A DNA stretch of 63,465 nt, the filler included, from Octopus bimaculoides (Eukaryota): the NCBI RefSeq assembly GCF_001194135.2. It is 6 parts of 6 records of this genome, joined end to end, with 100 filler letters (N's around TTAATTAATTAA, not from the genome) between each part and the next. Parts side by side here need not be neighbours in the genome. Positions count along the whole stretch, not along the records: positions 50,659 to 63,465 come from NC_068990.1; 5 more parts are not named here. One strand, written 5' to 3'. The translations under genes were made by a program, and so were the position numbers. Numbering within the stretch: position 1 is the first letter of the stretch; the number at the start of each line of letters is the position of its first letter. Positions 62,815 through 63,465 of this stretch are shown in pieces. The notes under the pieces were generated by a model. The model was given only the letters and a program-made list of their open reading frames with translations, searched no databases and was not told the origin of the DNA.

Positions 62815-63120
62815 CTGTCTGCCTGAGTGTATGTGTGTGTGTCACTGCGTTTGTGTGAGTCTGCGTGTGAGTATGTAAGTGTATATGCGCCCATGTATGT
62901 GTGTGAGAGAGTGTATCTGTTTTTGTTTGCGTCCCAACCGCTTGACAACCGATATTGGTGTGTTTATGTCCCCATAACAAAGCGGTTCGGTGAAAGGTAC
63001 CTATAGAGTAAGTACCAGACATAAAAAATATGCACTGGGGTGGATTTGGTCGACCAAGACTTTGAAGGTGGTGCCCCAGGATGGCCGTAGTTCAGTAACT
63101 GAAACAAATGAAAGAAAGTT
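62540..63120 (+). mobile_element. SINE family A, diverged, with expanded internal (TG)n
   Basis: Head cggttcagtcctactg..caccttgg; tail gcttgacaaccgat...gtgccccaggatggccgtag...aactgaaacaaatgaaaga. Confidence 0.75.
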
Positions 63121-63333
63121 TGAAAGAAAGATAGGAGATTTAATACTTTACCTCTTCATGTCTAATTCCTTAATAAAACCACATTATAAATCCGCGCCGG
63201 CGCAGGAATCTACGGACGGCTCTAGTTAGGCTGAAAACGAAAATATTTTTATATTTGTACATATGAAGATAAATAGATACATAGATAGAGAGATAGGTAA
63301 GTAAATAGATAGATAGATAGGTAGGTAGGTAGG

Positions 63334-63367
<34 letters not shown>

Positions 63368-63465
63368 TATAAATACATTTCTTTTATTAGCCACACAGGG
63401 CTCAACGAAGATGGGACAAATACAATGTAGAGCTTTTCTTTTTGGGAGGGGGAAAGGAAGGAAAA

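Overview
AT-rich, repeat-saturated animal genomic DNA. The repeat families look like those of an octopus/coleoid cephalopod; this is recognition and inference, not a database result. The window is not one contiguous locus: five identical 100-bp synthetic spacers (44 N + TTAATTAATTAA + 44 N) join six scaffolds (1-23305, 23406-33325, 33426-38178, 38279-46399, 46500-50558, 50659-63465), and many sized N-gaps sit at microsatellites. I found no intact, nameable protein-coding gene, rRNA, tRNA or CRISPR array; nearly all supplied ORFs are microsatellite, N-gap or TE artefacts. Supported content: three abundant SINE-like families; decayed non-LTR retrotransposons (two HERO/NeSL-like, two R4-like, RTE-like ends, four Penelope-like/Naiad-type pieces); a decayed Mag/Gypsy LTR element; an internally deleted maT/DD37D-type transposon; MITEs of mariner, piggyBac, hAT and foldback type; Helentron-type non-autonomous elements; minisatellites; and an interstitial (TAACCC)n-like array. 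The most interesting observations are: (1) an inverted duplication at 53.1-56.8 kb carrying a Penelope RT fragment, with a microhomology deletion in one arm and a telomere-like array abutting it; (2) a HERO-like element flanked by a 32-bp direct repeat; (3) CpG decay of SINEs that is strong in scaffold 1 and weak elsewhere, together with phase-compatible minus-strand exon candidates, suggesting an unidentified methylated gene body; (4) degenerate hammerhead-like cores in PLE-like tails; (5) cleanly nested insertions. I do not see convincing evidence of a novel multi-gene system. Coordinates of degenerate repeats are approximate (about +/-10-20 bp).
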